Source of the DNA: Mobula hypostoma
Lineage: Eukaryota
NCBI RefSeq assembly: GCF_963921235.1
Contig: NC_086097.1
Coordinates: 71,116,001 to 71,180,000 of the forward strand
Length of the DNA stretch: 64,000 nt
Reading direction: 5' to 3'
Within the stretch, counting starts at the first letter, position 1. The number at the start of each line of letters is the position of its first letter. This document shows, one piece after another, positions 1-14,363 of the stretch. The notes beneath the pieces were generated by a model that searched no databases, was not told where the DNA came from, and saw nothing but the letters and a program-made list of their open reading frames with translations. The translations under genes and the position numbers were made by a program.

Positions 1-2890
1 ATTACATTACTTATATTAAAAGCCAGTCTCTGTCATTGCTGGGATGGAAGTGAATGTTAAAGGAGCCATTGGTAAACACTTAGAGTACAATTTGTCATCT
101 TAGAAAAAGAAAGAAATTGAATTTAACAAAGACAAAGCTAGCTAGTGAAACTTCTTTAAGCAGCTTATGGTAACTGAAAAGCAAGTGCTTCCAGCTGATG
201 GGAATGTCATCGTGTCAGAGTAAGGAGACCACGCAACCTGAAACAGCAAATTTAAGCTTCTGTTCATAATATAGCTGCAGGGATTGGCTTTTGTTTGGGA
301 AGCTGAGAACCAACTTTGGAAAGGAAGAGGGGTCATAGGGCAGTAATTAAACAAAATGTTAATTAAGGTTTCTCATACCTGCTAAATGCCTCAGGTTTAA
401 ATGAACACCTGTAGTAGCTGACACATTATCTATTCATTTAAGACCTGCAGCTAAAATGCAGGAGCACTGCCAGTACAGGGAGAAAGATGATAGTTAGGCC
501 AATATAACAATTCCTTGAATTTATCTCTTCAACCCATCTAACATTGCTTACAAAATATGAATATTAAAGTATCTTTATATGATAGATTATGTTTATGTTT
601 GTGGTTTTAATAAGATATCATTACAGATTTAAACCTCATCAGGGAAAAATTTTTAAAAATAAATTTTGAGTTCTTCGAAGTATTGTGTTTACATTTGAAA
701 TCTAAAAAATAGATCTAAGGGCAGATATGTTATTCTTGAATAACATCACAACCACAACACATTCATCCCATCACAAACTTGATATTGTATTGCCATAAAA
801 AACATTCAATCACCATTATACAGATTCAACTGACACTTAAGAGATGTAGCAGTGGCAGATATTAAATAATTTTGAAGCTGATAATGGAGCAATTTCAAAC
901 TGCAGAACTGAACAATGACTAGGAAGTCTACCAATTTTGTTTAAAAGCCAGCTCCACATTTCTTAGTCCAAAATGGATGTGGTAATTACCACAGCAGTGA
1001 TATAATGCCATTATTTACTGCATCTGCATTTTGGAAGGAACTGTGGATCATTTCCACCTTCTGGTGAACGTTTTTGCAGTTTTGAATCATGCTTCAGTCT
1101 CAGACTTGCTAGTTTTCAGTAAAACACTGACAACCGAACAATCTGCAGTGCTCATAACCTACGCTGATGTATTCATGAGCTTATCATACCCCTGAGCTAA
1201 ACTCGCCTGAAAACATCCCAATGCTATTTTGAAATATTCAGCTAGATGTTTTTTAGACAGTCTCCCCAATTCCAATAATCTCAACTAAAAATATAATTTA
1301 GCAAAAAGCGTCATTGAGTGGTTGGAATAGATGGTCTGTAGTCTCATTTGAGAAGAAGACCTCCTAACCTACTCAAAACTAATACTGACTTCCTCTCTGC
1401 AGGTATTTTGACCTTGTAACAGCCAGGTCAATTTATAGAGCACCGACTGAATAGTGGATTAAATTCAAATCGGAGCAAGAAAATCACATCATGCCAGTAG
1501 ACACAAAGATATCTGAAGGTTTTAAACCTCATTAGGGAGCAAAGTTTAGTAAATACAGTAATTAGCATATCAGAGGTTATTGCTCATGTGCACAGGCAAT
1601 GGCTGTCTTGGGTTGTTGTTTGGGAAGGAGCACCTGTCAAAACAAGTGCTGAATTTCACACCTCCCAATTCTAAGCCTCAGGTAGGAAACTCTGTGTACT
1701 GCATCGGCAAAGAGGGAGAGCTGCAATATGAACTGACTATACCAAGAGTAAAGTAAATGAGATCCTCCTGGGTACCAATAGCCCTTTGTTTAACATGATT
1801 AAATCCTCTTTGTTTCATTACGTAGACCAATGCAAAAACAAACAGAGACACCAAGATAAAGACTGGCAATACTTATCTGTTTCTCTTCCTTATCACACTT
1901 GCGATCTTCTGGCAGACAAACTGAAAGGAAACTACTTTGCTCAAATGAAATTGATGAGGTGACCGAGCAGGTGTACATGGAAGCTGTTGGTTAAAAAAGG
2001 TGTGAACCACTCATGTCAAAAAAGTGATAAAATGATAAGGAAATGAGCTCTCTTGGTTGTCCAATTTCTTTCTCCAGGGCAACATACTATATTAAGCTTT
2101 TGTAGGCAGCTTCTTAAATTCACAATGGCTAATTTAACTCCAACCAGTGGGATGTCCTAAACTGCAATCATAAATCTAATCAAGTTGAGTACAAAGTTAT
2201 GTTACAAAGGAAAACTTGTTGAAATAAAACTGATTCAAGGTTAAAACGCCTTGAAGAATGTGGAATTAAACATGCAGCATTTTTGCTAATCCCGTTGTCA
2301 CATTACAGTGATGAATTCCTCCAGTTTAAGATCACAGCAGATCCCACTGGATTAACGTTTAAACAAAGTGCTGAGAACCTGTATTAACAAATTTACCAAA
2401 AATGTTTTTGCCCAAAGCCAGACAAAGAGTTAACCCTGGCAACGGATTAGAACTTGTTTTTTTAATGTCTGCAAATTATCCCTCTTATTCCTCAATCAAT
2501 ACACAAATCTGAATTGCTATCCTTTGGTACCTTTTTATTTCTAAATAGATTTAAGAGCTACATCATTGAGATTAACTATGCGGATTCAGTTTGAGGACTT
2601 TAGTACAGTTTCTACACCCAAAGAAAAGTGAACACAGCAATGCTTTTCAGACAAAGGGCCTTCTCACTGGAACATTTCAGATTGATTTAGATCATTGTAA
2701 AAGCCAGCTTTCTGGTTATGTTGCCTGTGCTTTCAACCAGAAAAACCATACTCTAATAAACATATTTTGGCCTCGGCATTTTTTGCAATTTCACCCCACT
2801 TTATAGTGGAAGACATGACTTAAATAATACAATTACTATGGATTTTTGAAAATCTCATAAACCTAATCCTGAAATTTTCTGTAGTTTACA

Positions 2891-3183
2891 TTGGGTGGGA
2901 CTACAACCAGAGGTCATGGGATATGGGTGAAAGGGGGACATGAGGGGAAACTTCTTTGCTCAGAGTGTTGTGAGAGTGTGAAATGTGCTGGCAGTACAAG
3001 TGGTGTATGCAAGCTTAATTTGAAGATTTGGATAGGTATTTGGATAGTAGGGGGTATGGAGGGCTATGGTCCCAGTTCAGGTTGATGGGAGTAGGTAGCT
3101 TAAATGGTTTCAGCATGGACTAGAAGGGCTGAAGAGCCTGTTTCTGTATTGTAACTTCACTATAACTCTATGTCTCTATGTTT
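2891..3183 (+). mobile_element. CR1 LINE 3' fragment
   Basis: Degenerate TTRGH..RGNFF.QRV.RVW ORF2 C-terminus, then the CR1-type 3'UTR (GGGCTGAAGAGCCTGTTTCTG) and a CTCTATG tandem tail. Confidence 0.75.
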
Positions 3184-3724
3184 CTAATGTAATAGCATCA
3201 AACTGCAGATGAATAATTAATTAAAGATCCAACATTGATATATTAATCCATAGCTTATGCTTGGTATTTATGTTGACTGTGTGTATTATTTATGCACCTT
3301 GTTGTTAAGCTACTTGAATAATAAAAATTTGCACAGAATGTCTAAAAGCCGTACAGTTTATAAACAGTTGTGATTCAGGACACAAGTGATGCTGCAATAT
3401 GAGATTTTCAGTTGTTACATTGGAGCCCTTTCTGTTTCTTTTTAAATAGGAACTTTACTGTGATGGTTATTGGAATCATGAGATGATAACAAATACTGTG
3501 GATTATATTACATTTTTGACACTAAAGTGTTTGTGTGTGGTATTGTGAAACAGTTTTCTTTGTTTCAGAAATACTTTTAACTTAATCACTAAGATATTAA
3601 GCTGCCAAGTTTGGTGTGATCTTCATGAAATAAGAATAAGAATACTCTATTAGCTTGTGGATTCCAATAGATGTACCATAACAAAATGAAAATGAGAGGT
3701 ATGAAAATGTCCTGCTTCATAAAA

Positions 3725-4160
3725 AGTTGCAGGACAGCAGTATCTACTTTCAGGAGCCCCCATCACCCAGGTCATGCTCCCTTCTCACTGCTCCTCAGGA
3801 CTCACACCACCAGATTCAGCAAGTTAGTACCCTTTAACTATCAGGCTCTTGAACCAGTGTGATAACTTCACTCATCTTCACTTGCCCTATCATTGAAGTG
3901 TTCCCACAACCTATGGACTCCCTTTCAAAGACTCTTCAGCTCATGCACTCAATATTTATTGTTTATTATTATTGTTTCTTTTTTTCTTCTGTATTCACAC
4001 AGTTTGTTGTCTTTTGCACTTTGGTGGTTTGTCCACTCTGTTGGGTGTGGTCTTTCACTGAGTCTATTATGGTTCATTACTGAGTACGCCCGCAAATAAA
4101 ACAAATCTCAGGGTTGTATATGGTGACATATACGTACTTTGATAAGAAATTTACTTTGAG
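3725..4160 (+). mobile_element. Rex1/Babar LINE 3' end
   Basis: HHPGHAPFSLL...RTHTTRF motif of the Rex1 ORF C-terminus, AT-rich 3'UTR and TACTTTGA tail. Confidence 0.7.
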
Positions 4161-4294
4161 CACAACATCCAATCAACTTGATGAAGTTGCGCTAACTGCA
4201 AACCAGATGGCAAATAATTATAATTTTAAATTTTTATCGGTTGTATAAGAATTATAATAAAAACGAATACCTTGACAAAGTTTTGTGCAGTGCA

Positions 4295-5395
4295 TGTCAT
4301 ACCTTACAAACTTAATTGTTTTTTTTTGAGGAGATAGCAAATGATAAGGGTAAGGCAGTGAACATTATCTACATGGACTTCAGTAAGGCATTTGATAAGG
4401 TACCCACTAGTAGATTGATTCAGATGATAAAGATGCAAGGGAGCCAGGGTGAATTGCAAGTTTGAATTCAAACTGGTTTATGCATAGAAAACAGAAGGGG
4501 TAGAAGGGTGTTATCTTTGGCAGGAAGTCTGTGATTAGTGGTGTTCTGCAAGGGTCTGTGCTGGGACCTATATTATTTGTGATATATAATCTGGCTTTTG
4601 GATGGAAATATAGATGGGTGGAACATCAAATCTGTGGTTGACAGAAAGATTGGTGAAGTTGTGGATAGCATAAAGTGCTATCAAGGAATACAGCAGGATA
4701 TAGATCAGTTACAGATAGGGCAGAGAAGTGGCAGCGGGTTTTAATCCGGGCAGGTCTGCAGCTTGGCACTTTGGGAGGTCAAATAAAAGGAGAAAGAATG
4801 CAGTTAATAATAAACACCTTAATAGCATTGGGTCCAGGTTCACAGTTCAATAAAAGTGGTTATGAAAGTGGATAAGATGGTAAAGAGCAAATGGCATGCT
4901 TGCCTTCATTGGTAGGGTTGTTGACTATAAGAGGAGCAAAGTCATGCCTCCATTATCTAAAGCTTTAGTCAGGCTGCACTTGGAATATTGCACGCAGTTC
5001 TGATCAGCACATTATTGGAAGGATATGAAAACTGTGGAGAAGCTGCAGAAAAGGTTCACCAGGATGATGTCTGGATCAGAGAGTCTGAGCTACAGTATAT
5101 AGAAAGGCTGGACAAACTCATGTTCTCCCTAGAGTGTCAGAAGTTAAGGTAAGATCCCACAGAGGATTTTAAACTTATGAGAAACATAGATAGGGCAGGC
5201 AGTCAGAATTTTTTTCCCAGGGTAGAAATGTCAAACACAAGGAGACATGCTTTTAAAGTTAGAGGGGGAAGTTTAAAGGCAATGTGAGGGGCAGTTTATT
5301 TTAAACAGAGTGGCAGGTGCCTGGGATACGTTACCAGGGGTACGAGTGGAATTAGATGGTTTGATAGAATTTAGATAGAAACATTATTATGGTGG
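4295..5395 (+). mobile_element. CR1 LINE RT remnant (5' part, interrupted)
   Basis: Decayed LTNLI.FFEE..D.GKAV.IIYMDFSKAFDKVP, SGV.QGSVLGP.LF and VQKRFTRM-like motifs, with many stops and frameshifts. Confidence 0.85.
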
Positions 5396-5399
5396 GAAT

Positions 5400-8300
5400 G
5401 CTATACCACCATCAAGAACGCTTACCATATCATCCCATGCCCATATTTTGGAAAGTCTGATAACCTGGCTGAACTTCTACTCCCAGTGTATAGGCAGTGG
5501 TGATGACCAAGAAGATATGGTCACGAGAGGCAGAGGAGCACTTACAGGACTGCTCTGAGTTGGTGAAATGGATGATATTCAGGGATTCATCTTTGAATCT
5601 GAATGAATATGCCATAGTTCTCACCAGCCTCATCAAGAACAGTATGGATCATTGTGTGCCTTCAGGAATATTCCAGACATACCCAAACCAAAAATCTGTG
5701 GATGAACCAGGTGGTTCATAGTCTGCTGAGGGCTAAATCTGTGGCATTTGAGACCGGTGATTCAGAACTATACAAGAGGTCCAGGTACATCCAAGAGATG
5801 GCTATTTTAAGGGCAAGATAACTATTCTGATTGAAATTAGATGGAATCAGATGCATCTCAGCTCTGGCAGGGTTTGTAGGCCATTACTTCCTACAAGACA
5901 AAACCTGACATCATGAATGACTGTGATGCTTCACCACCAGATGAGCTCAAGGGCTTTGAAAGGGAGAATAAAACTACATCGGTGCAAACCCTGCAGCAGC
6001 TGATGACCTTGTGATTCCTGTCTTGGAGGCTGACGTCAGGACATCTTTCAAGATGGTGAACCCTCACAAGGTGTCAGGCCCTGATGAAGTATCTGGTAGG
6101 GCACTGAAAGCCTGTGCCAACCAATGACCGGAGTATAAACTCGTTCTGGGCTTCCAGTTAGATACAGATATTGATTATAACTGACGTTTCAATGACAAAC
6201 TCCGACATCTTAATCAAGGATGATACCTTGGCATGTCTAATCCAGTGGTATTTATACCCCTGTATTCCGTCCCTCCTGATTGGCTAGTCATCATCCAATC
6301 AGGTTTCCGCTCTCCCACCTTGTTTACAATAGAATTCCAGTTCTTAGAGCAAGTCCTTCGACTTTGTTAAAATTCTTTTCTTCTAGATTTATTTCAATGG
6401 CTTCCCTCAAGGCAGCCCCAAAAGCCATTGGAGCAGCACAGTAGTTTTGTACTGTCGAAGTCGATCCCATGGCCATTGCGAATGTTCTGCTACCGCTGAT
6501 TTCTCCGGGCAACCCAAACGGATACACTTCCTGTGCTCCTTGATGCAGGTTTTCACTGTGCGTCCCGTCTGGCTGATATACACTGCTCCACATTCACAGA
6601 GGACCCTGTTAATACCAGCCATCCTGAGTCCCAGGTCATCTTTGACCTGCATAAGCTGTGATCTGAGCATCCTTGCAGGTTTGTGGGTGGTATTAATCTG
6701 GTATTTCTTCAGGATCCTGGTGAAATAAAACCTACAGGAAAGAATTTTAACAATGAGGAAGGTCTTGCTCTAAGTAAGAACTGGAATTTGATTGTAAACA
6801 AGATGGGAGAGCAGAAACCTGGTTGGATGAGGTCTAACCAATTAGGAGGGATGGACTACAGAGGTATAAATATCACCGGTCTAGACATGCCTGTTGAATA
6901 TGGCGGAGTTTGTCATCAAAACATTGATTATAATTGATATCTATACCTGGCTGAAATTTCGAGAAGAATTTATTTGTCATGTACGCCGGGAAAGCACTCG
7001 ATACTTTTTCAATGACAGGAGTGTTCGAGAACATCTTCAGTCTCTCACTGCTACAGCTGGAGGTTCCCACCTGCTTCAACAGGACGACAATAATCCAGTG
7101 CGCTAGAAAAGCAGGGTGAGTGGGCTCAACGACCATGACCTGGTGCATTCACATCAACTGTGACGAAATGCTTTGAGAAGTTGGTCAGGGCCAGAATCAA
7201 CTGATGCTTAAGCAAGGACCTGGAATCACTGCAATTTTCCCCTGATACAATAGGTCTACAGCAAGTGCAATCTGACTGGCTCTCCACTCGGTCGTGGATC
7301 ACCTGGATGATAGCAATACCTACGTCAGGTTACTGTTTATTGATTACAGCTCAACATAAAGCACCAGCATACCCTCAGTTCTTATCAACAAGCTCCAAAA
7401 CTTGGGTCTCTGTACCTCCCTCTGCAACTGGATCCTTGACTTCCTCACTGGTAGACCAGTCAGTGCGGATTGGAGATAACATCTCCTCCTCGCTGACAAT
7501 CAACACTAGTACATCTCAAGGATGTGTGCTTAATCCAATGCTCTACTCTCTCTGCACCCACAACATGTGGCTAAGCACAGCTCAAACACCATCTATAAAT
7601 TTGCGATGACACAATTATTGTTGGCAGAATTTTAGATGATGACGAGGAGGCATACAGTATGAGCTAGATCAGCTGGTTAGTGTTGTAACCACAGCCTTGC
7701 ACACAACGTCAGTAAGACCAAGGAATTGATTTTGGACTTCAGAAAGAGGAAAGCGAGGAAACACACACCAGTCCTCATCGAGGGATCAGCAGTGGAAAGG
7801 GTGAGCTGTTTCAAGCTCCTGGGTGTCAACATCTCTGAAGATCTCTCAACATCTCTTGGGACCAACATATTGATGCAGTTATAAAGAAGAAACTACAGTG
7901 GCTATATTTCATTAGGAGTTTGAGGAGATTTACTTTGTCACTAAAGACTCTTGAAGATTTCTACAGTTACGCCATGCAGAATATTCTAACTGATTGCCTC
8001 ACTCTCTGGTATGGAGGGGCCCACTGCACAGGATCAAAAAAAGCTGCAGAAATTTGTAAACTCAGCCAGCTCCATCATAGTGCTAGACTCCCCAGTATCG
8101 AGGACACCTTCATATTGTGATGCCTAAAAAAGGTGGCATCCAATATTAAGAAATGCCATCACCCAGGACATGTCATCTTCTCATTGCTCCATCATGGAGG
8201 AAGTACAGGAGCCTGAAGGCACACACTCAACATTTCAGGAACAGTTTCTTCCCCTCGGCCATCAGATTTCTGAAAGGACAATCAAACTATGTAGGCTACC

Positions 8301-8430
8301 AAGTTTTGTATTACTTTCAAAATTTAATATTTATATGTATACCTCATTGTAATTTATAGTATCTTATTATGTGTTGCAATGTGCCACTGCTGCAAAACAA
8401 CTAATTTTATGACAGATGCTAGAGATTGTG
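5400..8430 (+). mobile_element. Rex1/Babar LINE, decayed, inserted in the CR1
   Basis: WSREAEEHLQDC, YPNQK, K..GPD, LFIDYSS, SQGCVL.P.LYSL and YRSLKAHT.HFRNSFFP motifs spread across frames; split by a Penelope insertion at 6135-7009. Confidence 0.85.
6135..7009. mobile_element. Penelope-like element remnant with inverted pseudo-LTR
   Basis: Minus-strand GIY-YIG remnant (CECGAVYISQTGRTVKTCIKEH); ~6735-6980 is an inverted copy of ~6140-6380; flanked by CAATGAC(C/A)GGAGT at 6122-6134 and 7010-7022. Confidence 0.85.
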
Positions 8431-8536
8431 AAATGGATGATGTAGAGCAGGAGCATATTGAATATAAATTGCCATCAAGACCATCACTACATGGGCCGAA
8501 TGGCCTATCCAGTGCAGTTCTGTCCTGTGTCATGTT
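8431..8536 (+). mobile_element. CR1 3' tail, probably continuing the 4295-5395 element
   Basis: ATGGGCCGAATGGCCT...CTGTGTCATGTT, a CR1-type terminus directly after the Rex1 tail. Confidence 0.55.
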
Positions 8537-9967
8537 AAGATAGAATCAAAAACACCATAAGTGAATTTATGAACGTGGATTTTATTTTAAGTTTCAGAAT
8601 CAGGGAGGTGTTCAACAGCAAGCCTAAAATGGTTATAATTGCCATTTAAAACTCTCGTGCCTCATTCAATAAGGCAATAGATTTCCATTGCCTTTTCTAG
8701 ATAGAATATTACATCAGAATTTATGTACACGATGGTTTACTCCAGATGGTGAATGCTTCAGTGAAAGTTGCAATGTAGTAGCTCACATATGCATGGGATG
8801 GTCTGTAACTTTTGAATTTCTGCTCAATACATAATCCAGTCAGATTTCATCTTTTATGAAGGTAAATACTGATAACTTCTTTTTCTCTCCCATCATAAAT
8901 TTCAGACCAATATTTCAGAGTTTATCATTATGCATTCTGGTTAAAGAAGTAAAAGTACCAATGCATAAACCTTCAAGAGCATTATAGATAGATTTTTAGT
9001 GTCCCATTATAATAATTACCATGTCAAAATGAAGAATATGTCATTCATTGGGACTGAATTTTGTTTGAATAATTACTGAGAATGGTGTCAACACAAATCA
9101 CATTACCATTGTTTTAGTGTCACGAGGAAGCCATGACATGATAACATGGCTTGATATCCATTTACCATCCTGAAAAAATATATTAAGTATCATTATTTCA
9201 TTGAACAGGTATGAAGAGAATATTTCATTGAAGCGTGAATTACAGGATTGTTATTTTCTTCCCCGAAGCTGATAACTGTGAGATATAGTTACCAGACTGA
9301 TGTTAATAAAAGGCACAAAGCACCATAGCTCTATGATGTCAACTCTATGATTTCAAATATGACACTGTATTGTCCCATTGTATTTGTCTCTATACCTACA
9401 TCATTAGATGTTATCAGGCCACACTTGTTCAATAGACTTTGCACAGCTTCCCTTTCGGGCAGAAACCTTGATTTATAGTACATATGTCAGCATATATAAT
9501 TTACATTCTTTCACCACATACCTGCTTGACTTAACATGGAATATGAATCATCAGTGATGTGGTTAAGTGAGATATTTGAGTTCCATTGTGCAAACCCCAG
9601 GGCACCAGTTAGATTGCCATATATTTCATAGGTGCATGTCTGTGATAGAATGATGTTTAACTGGAACCTTTATATTTTCAAATATTCATCACATCCATTG
9701 TACCCGAACATTTGAGGGCATAGTGGTAGCTTCATGTTGATTTGGTCATTTAGAAAGTGGCTCCCGTTGATGACGATGCCCCAAGCTTAGCTTCCCTTTC
9801 CAAAATGAGGGTTGAAGCATGAAAATTATTGTTAGCAATGAAATCATCAACACATGAACCAAATATCTCTTTCTATTATAAATTAAGATGTTAATCTACA
9901 GTAAACAGGCTAACAGTTCCATTATGAAATGTGGAGAGAGGCTTCATATATACTTGTTTATACAATA

Positions 9968-10155
9968 AGCAACTTCCGCTCTAAGGTTGGACCAACCAAC
10001 CATTGCCCTGAGCAGGAGATTTTTACATGGCTTGAAAACTATATGGCACTCTCATAAAACATTATATAAAATAAAATTCCAGCTACGTGGTAACAAAGGC
10101 TACGTGCGTGGGAGCATTTCAGTTACTGTGCAACCGCGCAGCTGAAAGGGATAAT
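9968..10155. mobile_element. Possible decayed non-autonomous DNA element
   Basis: Ends CAACTTCCGCTCTAAG and GCGCAGCTGAAAGGGA resemble a degenerate terminal inverted repeat; locally CpG-rich. Confidence 0.3.
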
Positions 10156-11859
10156 AAGACTGATACAAAGATTTACAACCTTTAGAATATTCAGAATATA
10201 TAATGGATTACAGTTTCAACAGTTACTCTAGTAGCAGATTGATACTATGAATTGCCTTTTAATGGCCATTGGATATGAGAATCTCAGAGACACATGGTAA
10301 CAAGTGGAGGAGGTATGTCTCTCAGCCCACACCATGCCAATTTAGCTGGGCAGGGAAGATGGGGTGCAAATATGCAAAAGATTATTATAGATGAAATGCT
10401 GCAGTAAGTGTGACATTTTAACTGAAACTAGAAATGTAATTTCAAAGTATAAACATAAATTCTAGCCAAACAGACACAGATTTACAGTCTAACTTTCATT
10501 TTACTTCATCAAAGTATTCTATTCTATAAAACGTGTACCCAAAACATGTGCCAATATTAAGAGGAAAAAGATTCAGAATACCGAAAATGGCAATTTTAAT
10601 AATCCATGTAGAATTAATGAGACACCGTCATTAGGAAAAGTTTGCCAGAAGCTTTTGCCCATACATCACCTTAAAAAAAAGTGGTACAATGGTGAAAGAT
10701 GCACTTTTATTGTTTTATGTGTGGTACATCTGCAAAGCAAAAAACGATACAATCAAATCTTTTCTGGCCATCACAACTTTAAAACAGTCAGGTTTTATCA
10801 AGGTATTAATGTGAATAAAATTCAAGGTCCTCATTCAAAAGCGCGATGAAAGAGCAAAGTGTTTTTCTAGAGAATAGGAAAGTTCCTGTTACTGGAACCA
10901 ACACCTGCAGTGGTATCACTTCTACTCTCCCTCAGGGCATTCCACACCTGCGAACAGTGGGCTCTTCACAACAAACATTTTACATTTGTGATACACACTA
11001 TCATCCCCAAAGTGTACAAAAATGACATTCCAACCATCTCTTTATTGTTAAATTACAAGCATCAAGCCAATAGGAGCAGTGACCCTTCCCTTGTGATTTT
11101 AATGTGTTTGTGAAACCTTTAAGTGCTTGTCAGTTTGTGTGCATTCCAATGAAAATTGAATACACATAATTGACCTACCTTCACAATTACAAAACAGACT
11201 GCAATTAATCTATTGAACAGAATGAAAAAATAACATTGCAGCAACTATGAATACCCTCATATGTTATAGTAAAATGCACTTACGGTATTATTTTATATTC
11301 TCTCTCATACAGTGCAGCAAACTGATTCCAGTCACAGAAATTCTTTTTACTGGTGATTAATTTTTACTTTCTACATTTATGGCTTTTATTTTTCAAAAAA
11401 AACCCACTGAATTCAAATGCAGAAAATGCTTATTTCCAATCAAAAGAGACTTTTCACAAATACAGATTTTGTATGTAGTTGGACCGCTGTATTCTGCGTA
11501 AAGATGTTAAATGGGACCAGAAATCAAGTCGCAGCTTTGAAGATGTACCATCTTAGCCCAGCAATTGATTGTAAGTAGTCAGCCAAAATCTATTTTCAAA
11601 ATCCAAAAGATGATAATCTACCCTCTTCCAAATCATTTTCAATCTATTTTTTTTCTGGGAGATTACTCTTTCAGCTCTCTGAAATAAGCACAAAAGAGAG
11701 GAATAGTACACTACTGAATAACACCCTTCAAATACTGCAGCACCATCATTTAATTTTTGTTAACAGAATTTCTTTGTCTAATGTCCAGTGAATGATCTTT
11801 GCTATTTTAATTAACATTAAAATATAATGTGTACATTAACAAAGGTTGGTGGACAAACT

Positions 11860-14363
11860 CATCTGTCCCTGCAGTCACTGTTCTGGGGAAATTAAACATT
11901 TTACATTTAAGTGCCAGCCACATTACCTGCTCAGAGAGTTCACTGTTGAGTTAATCACCACGGTCTACATCACCCGAGTGTGAACACCAAGGATGCACTG
12001 GGAGAACTTTATAATATCATCAGTTCTCACCAAAACAAGCATCCGGACGTTTGCTCATCATTACAGGAGACTTCAATCATGTTAACCTGCAGGAGATTTT
12101 ACCCAAATTCTACCAACACTTCACCATGGCCACTAGAGGAACAAACAGACTGGACCATGTTTATATAGACACGATACTTACTGAACCGTCCCTTGCCCAT
12201 ATTTTGGCCTTTCTGACCACATCTCCATAACATTAATCCCAGCATACTGACCACTGCTGAAAAATGGAGAAAGAAACCAGTCAAGGGGACCATCACTATA
12301 TGGCCTAATGAGGTAATCTCTATGCTTCAGGACTGTTTTGAATGGACCAATTGGAGGTTCATGGAGGCCATCAGAAACGTAGAAAATACAGACCTCAAGG
12401 AATACGCCTCATTTGTCATTGGCTACATCAGTAAGTGTGTAGCCGCCATAGTACCTCAAGAACAGTCATGTCACGGCTCAAGCTGAAGCCCTGGCTGAAC
12501 GCAGAGGTGTGCTCCCCACAAACAGCCCGGACACTGCCTTCAAGAACAGCTCTCAGAGCAGCCAAGAGAAGTCTCATCATAGTCATCAAGAGGGCAAAGG
12601 CCATCAATGCACAAAACCTTCAGGAACACCTGTCCAAAAACTATCCCTGGCATATGAGTCTGGGCATTAAGGGCAATTCAGACTACACAAGGAAAATCCA
12701 TGTTGACTGCACCAGTGACACATCCCTCCCTGATGCCCTAAACAAGGTCTATGTGTGCTTCGAGGCATGCTACACAATGCCAACCATGAAAGCTGTTCCG
12801 CACCTCCCGCCAGGTGAGCAGACACTGTCTGTAAAAGAGGCAGACATGAGTAGGACTCTACAGAGAGCCTACCCCCATAAGGCAGCTTGGCCAGACAACA
12901 AACCTGGCCGAGTACTCTGGGAATGGGCACGCCAGCTCATTGACGTCTTCATGGACATCTTCAGCACATCACTCATTCAGGCTGCTGTCTCTACATTGTT
13001 CAAACTAGCCACCATCATTCCTGTACTAAAGACCTCTACACCTTCTGATTTAAACAACCACCGCCCAGTGGCACTGACACCGATCATCATGAAGTGCTTT
13101 GAAAGGCTGGTGATGGCACATATCAGAAACTCCATTCCTGCCACATTAGGCACTCACTAATATGCTTAACACCTTTAGCATCTGTCCTGCACAAAGCCCT
13201 GGCACACCTAGAAAACAAGGTTACTTATGTCAGAATACTGTTGCTAGATTTCAGTCCAACATTCAACATTATTGCCCCATTGATCTTGGTGAACAAACTC
13301 CTACTCCTACACCACTGTGCTGGACTTCCTAACCAACAGATCTCAGAGACAGGGTCACAGCCGCTCCTCCCTGCCCATCATTCTCAATGTGGCATCCCCG
13401 CAGGTCTGTGTGCTGTACACTCTCCTCACACATGACTGCACAGCCAAACGCCCAGGCAGTGATGACACAATGACGTGACAGCGGTGGGGCTCATCACCAA
13501 CAATGATGAGATGGACTACAGAGAGGAGGTGGAAGAGCTCGAGGCCTGGTGCCAGGTAAATAATCTTTTCCTTAATGTCAACAAGCCAAAGGAGGTGGTT
13601 ATCAATTTCAGGAGAACTTCCACTCCTCACAGCTCCTGCCCGTCTTTTCATTGGCGGCACAGGTGTGGAAACTGCAGGCACTTGCAAACTCCCAGGAAGG
13701 CACATCACACACAACCTCTCTGGTCCCAGAACACATCCTACACCATCAAGAAATTCCAGCAATACCTCTACCTTTTGAGCAAGCTGAAGAGAACTAGACT
13801 TTGCACATCCATACTCACACCGTTCTACAGAAGTGCAGTGGAGAGCATCCTAACAAGCTGCATTCCTGCATGGAATGAAGTTGCCCTGTGGTGGACAGGA
13901 AGTCTCCACAACAGTAGTCAAAACTGCTCAAAGCATCACTGGCACCAGCCTACCTGATGTCAAAGACATATATACAAAAAGGTGCTAGAAAAGGGCCAGG
14001 AACATCATGAAGGATCCCACTCACCCTGCTCATGGACTGTTTGTCCCACCCCCATCAGAGAGGAGGCTACGCAACATCTTTGCCAGGAGCACCAGACACA
14101 AAAATAGTTACTTCTGCCAAGCAATAAAGCTGATCAACATCTTCACCCACTAATTCCACCACCACTTTATTATTTCCTTTCAGTCTAGTATCACTTCATG
14201 AACATTCCATCAATTTATGTTTATAAGCTATCTTATGTATTTATATTTATTGTGTTATTTTTATTATTATTGTGTTCTTTATCTTTTGTGGGTTTTTTTG
14301 TGTCTCATCAGACCCGGTGCTGTCCTTTACAGAAAATGACATTAAACAGTCTTGAGTCTTGAA
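11860..14363 (+). mobile_element. Rex1/Babar LINE, decayed (endonuclease C-terminus, RT, 3'UTR)
   Basis: IITGDFNH, LDHVY and FGLSDH (APE endonuclease); ORF 12435-13160 has ATIIPVLK...LNNHRPVALTPIIMKCFERLV; LLDFS.TFN; TCTTGA tandem tail at ~14350. Confidence 0.9.
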
